Of a stretch of 64,000 nt of DNA, positions 59,596 to 64,000 are shown piece after piece. Position 1 is the stretch's first letter, and each line of letters begins with the position of its first letter. A program made the position numbers and the translations under genes. The notes under the pieces are model-generated. The model saw only the letters and a list, made by a program, of their open reading frames with translations, was not told the DNA's origin and searched no databases. The DNA comes from Malacoraja senta (lineage: Eukaryota): NCBI GenBank assembly GCA_038087875.1, contig CM075993.1:11038001-11102000 (forward strand), in the 5' to 3' direction.

Positions 59596-59877
59596 CTGTG
59601 ATACGCTAGTGGCATTTAAAAGACCTTTGGATAGGCAGATGGATATACTGGGAGTGGATGGATATGGTTATGTGCGGGTAGATAAGTGTTAGTCTTGACA
59701 TAGTGGTGCACTGGTCTATGTTCCATGTTCTATGTTGTTACTGTCCGTTTCAATGTCTTACACGAGTTTACTCCCATATTCTAGTTTACCATTTTCGACA
59801 CCAATTTCTTGGCCATCCTTTGCTGAATTTGAAAACATTCTCAAATCTCATTCTACAAATTGTTTGTTCAATGTGCA

Positions 59878-60235
59878 CGGCGGCGTGGTGGCGCAACGGT
59901 AGAACTACTGCTTTACTGCCAGAGAGACCCAAGTTCGATCCCGACTACGGGTGCTGTCTGTATGGAGTTTGTACGTTCTCCGTGTGACCTGTGTGTTTTT
60001 TTTTCGAGATCTTCGGATTCCACCCACACTCCAAAGACGTGCAGGTTTGTAGGTTAATTGGCTTGGTAAACAGTAAGTGTATAATTGTCCCTACTGTGGA
60101 TAGGATAGTGTTAATGTGTGGGGATCGCTGATGGGCGTGGTCTCGGTGGGCCAAAGGGCCTGTTTCCACGCTGTATCTCTTAACTAAACTGAACTAAACT
60201 AAACTAATTTAAACTAAACTAACCTAAACTAAACT
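59878..60235 (+). mobile_element. HE1-like V-SINE
   Basis: Head, core and (TAAAC)n tail. Confidence 0.83.
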
Positions 60236-60243
60236 TACCGAAA

Positions 60244-60612
60244 ATTAGAAGGATGAGAGGGCATCTCATTGAAACATATAAGATTGTTAAGGGCTTGGAC
60301 ACACTAGAGGCAGGAAACATGTTCCCGATGTTGGGGGAGTCCAGAACCAGGGGCCACAGTTTAAGAATAAGGGGTAAGCCATTTAGAACGGAGACGAGGA
60401 AACGCTTTCTCTCACAGAGAGTGGTGGGTCTGTGGAATTCTCTGCCTCAGAGGGCGGTGGAGGCAGGTTCTCTGGATGCTTTCAAGAGAGAACTAGATAG
60501 GGCTCTTAAAAATAGCAGAGTCAGGGGATATGGGGAGAAGGCAGGAACGCGGTACTGATTGGGGATGATCAGCCATGATCACATTGGCCTACTCCTGCAC
60601 CTATTGTCTATT
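60244..60612 (+). mobile_element. CR1 LINE 3' end
   Basis: ORF 60253-60558 is the CR1 C-terminus. Confidence 0.9.
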
Positions 60613-61783
60613 AAACTAAACGAAACTAAACTAATGTACTAAAAAAGCCCCAAATCTTTAGTGCAACTAAGGACAGTCCATGGTTCACAGTTTAGTTAGT
60701 GTTGTGTTGTGTTTGAGAGCCTGATGCATCCGTTTTTGTTAATTATGTGCTTTCAGAGTTGGGGCAAAGCCTGTTGCCCTTTTCCACTCTTGCCTCCTGC
60801 CCTGGGTCCTTCCTTCCCCAGAGCGGCCCTTTTGTGACCCTGTCCTGGGACCCCTCCACTGTCAGAGTGCGGCCACACGCAAACTGGAGGAACAGCAGCT
60901 CAGATTCCGCTTGGGCAGCTTACATCTGTTCTGTACCCTTTCATACCTCTAGTTTCCCCTCCCCTGACTCTCAGTCTGAAGAAGGGTCCTGACCCAAAAT
61001 GTCACCTATTCCTTCTCTCCAGAAACGCTGAGTTACTCCAACATTTTGTGTCTATCTTCGGGTGTTGGTTGATTTCTCTAATTTCAAGTCACCCCTCCAT
61101 TCCCTCTCTCCCCCCCCCCCCACCCCACCCCCATTGTCCTACCATTTCCACTGTTTGCTTCCTTGTATCCCTTTTGTCATCACCCCTTCCCCAGCCAACA
61201 ATGGACCATTGTGGGCTCCACCGTTCCTGAGATCATCTTCTGCCGGCTCCGATTTGACCTGACCTTTTCCCCCCTCCAGTTGATTCCATCCCCCCAACCC
61301 CACCTCAACTGTCAGTCTGAAAAACAGTTCCAGACTCAGACTATGCAACATAAAGTTCAATAGTTCATAAGTTCTAGGAGCAGAATGAGGTAATTCGGCC
61401 CATCAAGTTTACACAACAGGGCCGATGTATCTATCTTTCACTCTCACCCCCATTCTCCTGCCTTCTCCCTATAACCCCAGACATGCATGCTAATCAAGAA
61501 TCTATCTATCTATCTATCTATCTATCTCTGCCTTAAATAATATCCATTGACTTGGCCTCCACAGTGGTCTGTCTGCCAGTGACAGGCCCCGGGAAGCTTG
61601 TGCATCAGACAGGCTTTCCAGTGCAGCCTCAGCCTTTTCCATAACATACTGGAAATTTACAGCGTACGGTTACTATTCCCCAAACGATTCACAAAGGATA
61701 GTATATGTGTAGAATAGTTCATTAGAAAATCCAACAAAATGTTATCTTGCGGGAGGGCAATTGATTTTAATAATTTAAATCAT

Positions 61784-62101
61784 GGCGGCACGGTGGCGCA
61801 GAGGTAGAGTTACCACCTTACAGCGAACGCAGCGCCGGAGACCCGGGTTCGATCCCGACTACGGGTGCTGTCTACAGAGTTTGTACGTTCTCCGCATCAC
61901 CCCCGTGTGTTTTCTCCGAGATCTTCGGTTTTCTCCCACACTCCAATGACGTACAGGTTTGTAGCTTATTTGGCTTGGTAAATGTAAAAATTGTCCTGAG
62001 TGGGTGTAGGATAGTGTTAATGTGTGGGGATCGCTGGTCGGCGTGGACCCGGTGGGCCGAAGGGCCTGTTTCCATGCTGTATCTCTAAACTAAACCAAAC
62101 T
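61784..62101 (+). mobile_element. HE1-like V-SINE, full length
   Basis: GGCGGCACGGTGGCGCAGAGG A box, GGTTCGATCCC B box, core, GGGCCGAAGGGCCTGTTTCC tail. Confidence 0.87.
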
Positions 62102-62794
62102 ATTTGGAGATTATATGTTTAAGAAGGAACCGCAGATGCTGGAAAATTAAAGGTAGACAAAAATGCTGGAGAAACTCAACGGGTGAGGCAGCATCTATGG
62201 AGCGAAGGAAATAGGCAACGTTTCGGGCTTTATATAGGTGTTGGTGAGGCCACATCTGGATTACCATACAGTGTTGCTCTCCTTATTCAAGAATGTAAAT
62301 GTATTGGAAGCTGTTCAGAGTAGGTTTTCTGGACTGGAATGATAGGTTGTCTTCTGGAGAAAGATTTGGAAGCCTTTTTCAGACTGAAGAAGGGTCTCGA
62401 CCCAAAACGTCACCCATTCCTTCTCTCCAGAGATGCTGCCTATCCCGCAGAGTTACTCCAGCTTTTTAGTGTCTATTGTGTGTTCTACACAAGATTCTCC
62501 ATCTGCACCTTCCTTGTATCTCCACATTGAATGCAAAGCCTGGTAGACGGAAGGTGAGGACCAAGGGAACTCTTGTTTCTCTGCGAGTAAAAAAACAACT
62601 TATTTTCACTCTCCCAGTTGTGACAAAGGGAATTGGACAAAGCATTGAACTTAGATAGACACAAAAAACTGGAGTACCTCAGCAGGTCAGGCAGCATCTC
62701 TGGAGGTGACGTTTCTGGTTGAGACCCTTCTCCAGAGATGCTGTCTGACCCGCTGAGTTACTCCAGCTTTTTGTGTCTATCTTCGGTTCAAACC

Positions 62795-63388
62795 TTCCTA
62801 CGCATATCCTTTGCTCAGTCCGCGTGGACCTACTCGATCTCCCAACTGCCAAACACTTTAACTCCCCCACCCATTCCCGCACTGACCTTTCAGTCCTGGG
62901 CCTCCTCCACTGTCAGAGTGAGACCCAATGCAAATTGGTGGAACAGCACCTCATATATGACAAAGGAATATTGTCGTTTTGGGCAGCTTATATCCCAGTT
63001 GTATGAATATTGATTTCTATTAACTTTAAGTAACCCTTGTCTCTCTGTTGCTCCCCCACCCAACTTGTTGTACTATTCAAAGCCATCATGTTGAGTTTCA
63101 TTGTCTATAACTCGTTTTCACCTAGCCCACAGCTAACGATGGCCTGTTTCTGATACGATACGATAGAACATTATTTATCCCAGGAGGGAAATTAATTACC
63201 AAGAGTCATTAAAAACACTTTATCATCGTTACTTTTATGCATATCTTTCATCCATTTGTTCTATATCTCTCCATATCACTGTCTATCTCTCTCGTTCTCT
63301 TCTCCCCTGAGTCTGAAGAAGGGTCTCGACCCGAAACATTAACCTATTCCTTTTCGCCAGAGATGCTGCCTGACCCGCTGAGTTACTC
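62795..63388 (+). mobile_element. Penelope-like 3' end (GIY-YIG tail, 3' UTR, hammerhead motif)
   Basis: DLPTAKHFNSPTHSRTDLSVLGLLHCQSE..; CTGAAGAAGGGTCTCGACCCGAAAC at 63313. Confidence 0.78.
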
Positions 63389-63740
63389 GTCATAGAGTGA
63401 TACAGCGGGGAAAGGCCCTTCGGCCCAACCTGCCCACACTGGCCAACATGTCCCAGCTACACTCGTCCCACCTGCCCACATTTCGTCCCTATCCCTACAA
63501 ATCTGTCCTATCCATGTACCTGTCAATCTGTTTCTTAAATGTTGGGATAGTCCCAGCCTCAACTACCTCCTCCGGCAGCTCGTTCCATACACCCACCACC
63601 CTTTGTGTGAAAAAGTTGCCCCTCAGAATCCTATTAAATCTTTCCCCCTTCACCGTCAACCTATGTCCTCTGGTCCTTGATTCCCCTACTCTGGGCAAGA
63701 GACTCTGTGCATACATGTCATGAATATCATGTAGATGAGT

Positions 63741-63768
63741 CTGAAGAAGGGTCTCGACCCGAAACATC
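63741..63768 (+). ncRNA. Minimal hammerhead ribozyme motif
   Basis: CUGAAGA-A-GGGU-CUCG-ACCC-GAA-ACAU-C; core intact, stem III palindrome altered from ACGU to ACAU. Confidence 0.55.
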
Positions 63769-64000
63769 ACCCATTCCTTCTCTCCGGAGATGCTGCCTTG
63801 TCCCACTGAGTTTCTCCAGCACTTTGGGTCTATCTTCGGTATAAACCAGCATCTGCATTTTGTTTTCCTGTCTACATATTGCGCATGTCCTCATGTGAAG
63901 CCCGTCTGACAGCGACGGCCCCTGAGGTACTGGTGCTACGGACAGGCTGAGACGGACCCAGCCCCCCCCCTACACATTCTCAGCTGCGATAGACAGGATC

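Noticed and set aside
61784..61860. SINE heads as additional tRNA genes
   Set aside because: A/B boxes are present but they run into the SINE core with no proper cloverleaf.

Overview
Eukaryotic, very repeat-dense DNA with no host protein-coding gene I can identify. The repeat set (V-SINE/HE1-like SINEs sharing a 3' tail with CR1/HER1-like LINEs) points by inference to a cartilaginous fish, probably a skate or ray. Main contents: one intact tRNA-Phe(GAA); a young, almost intact Gypsy LTR retrotransposon (13829-18572, minus); a full-length but decayed DIRS tyrosine-recombinase retrotransposon with ITR/ICR ends (31217-36582, minus); a 5'-truncated Penelope-like element with an inverted terminal repeat and TSD (22876-24767); a second Gypsy fragment ending in LTR plus exactly 18 nt of PBS; many CR1, Rex1, Tx1, L1 and L2 fragments; Harbinger-like and hAT-like MITEs; and a bipartite RTE-derived element. 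The most notable structure beyond the ORF track is RNA/DNA folding: many minimal hammerhead motifs in Penelope termini, recurrent fold-back palindromes centred on those motifs (one duplicates flanking DNA), and a multi-stem pseudoknot at the 5' end of the RTE-derived element. Family assignments come from motif recognition by eye, not database searches. Boundaries of degenerate repeats are approximate.
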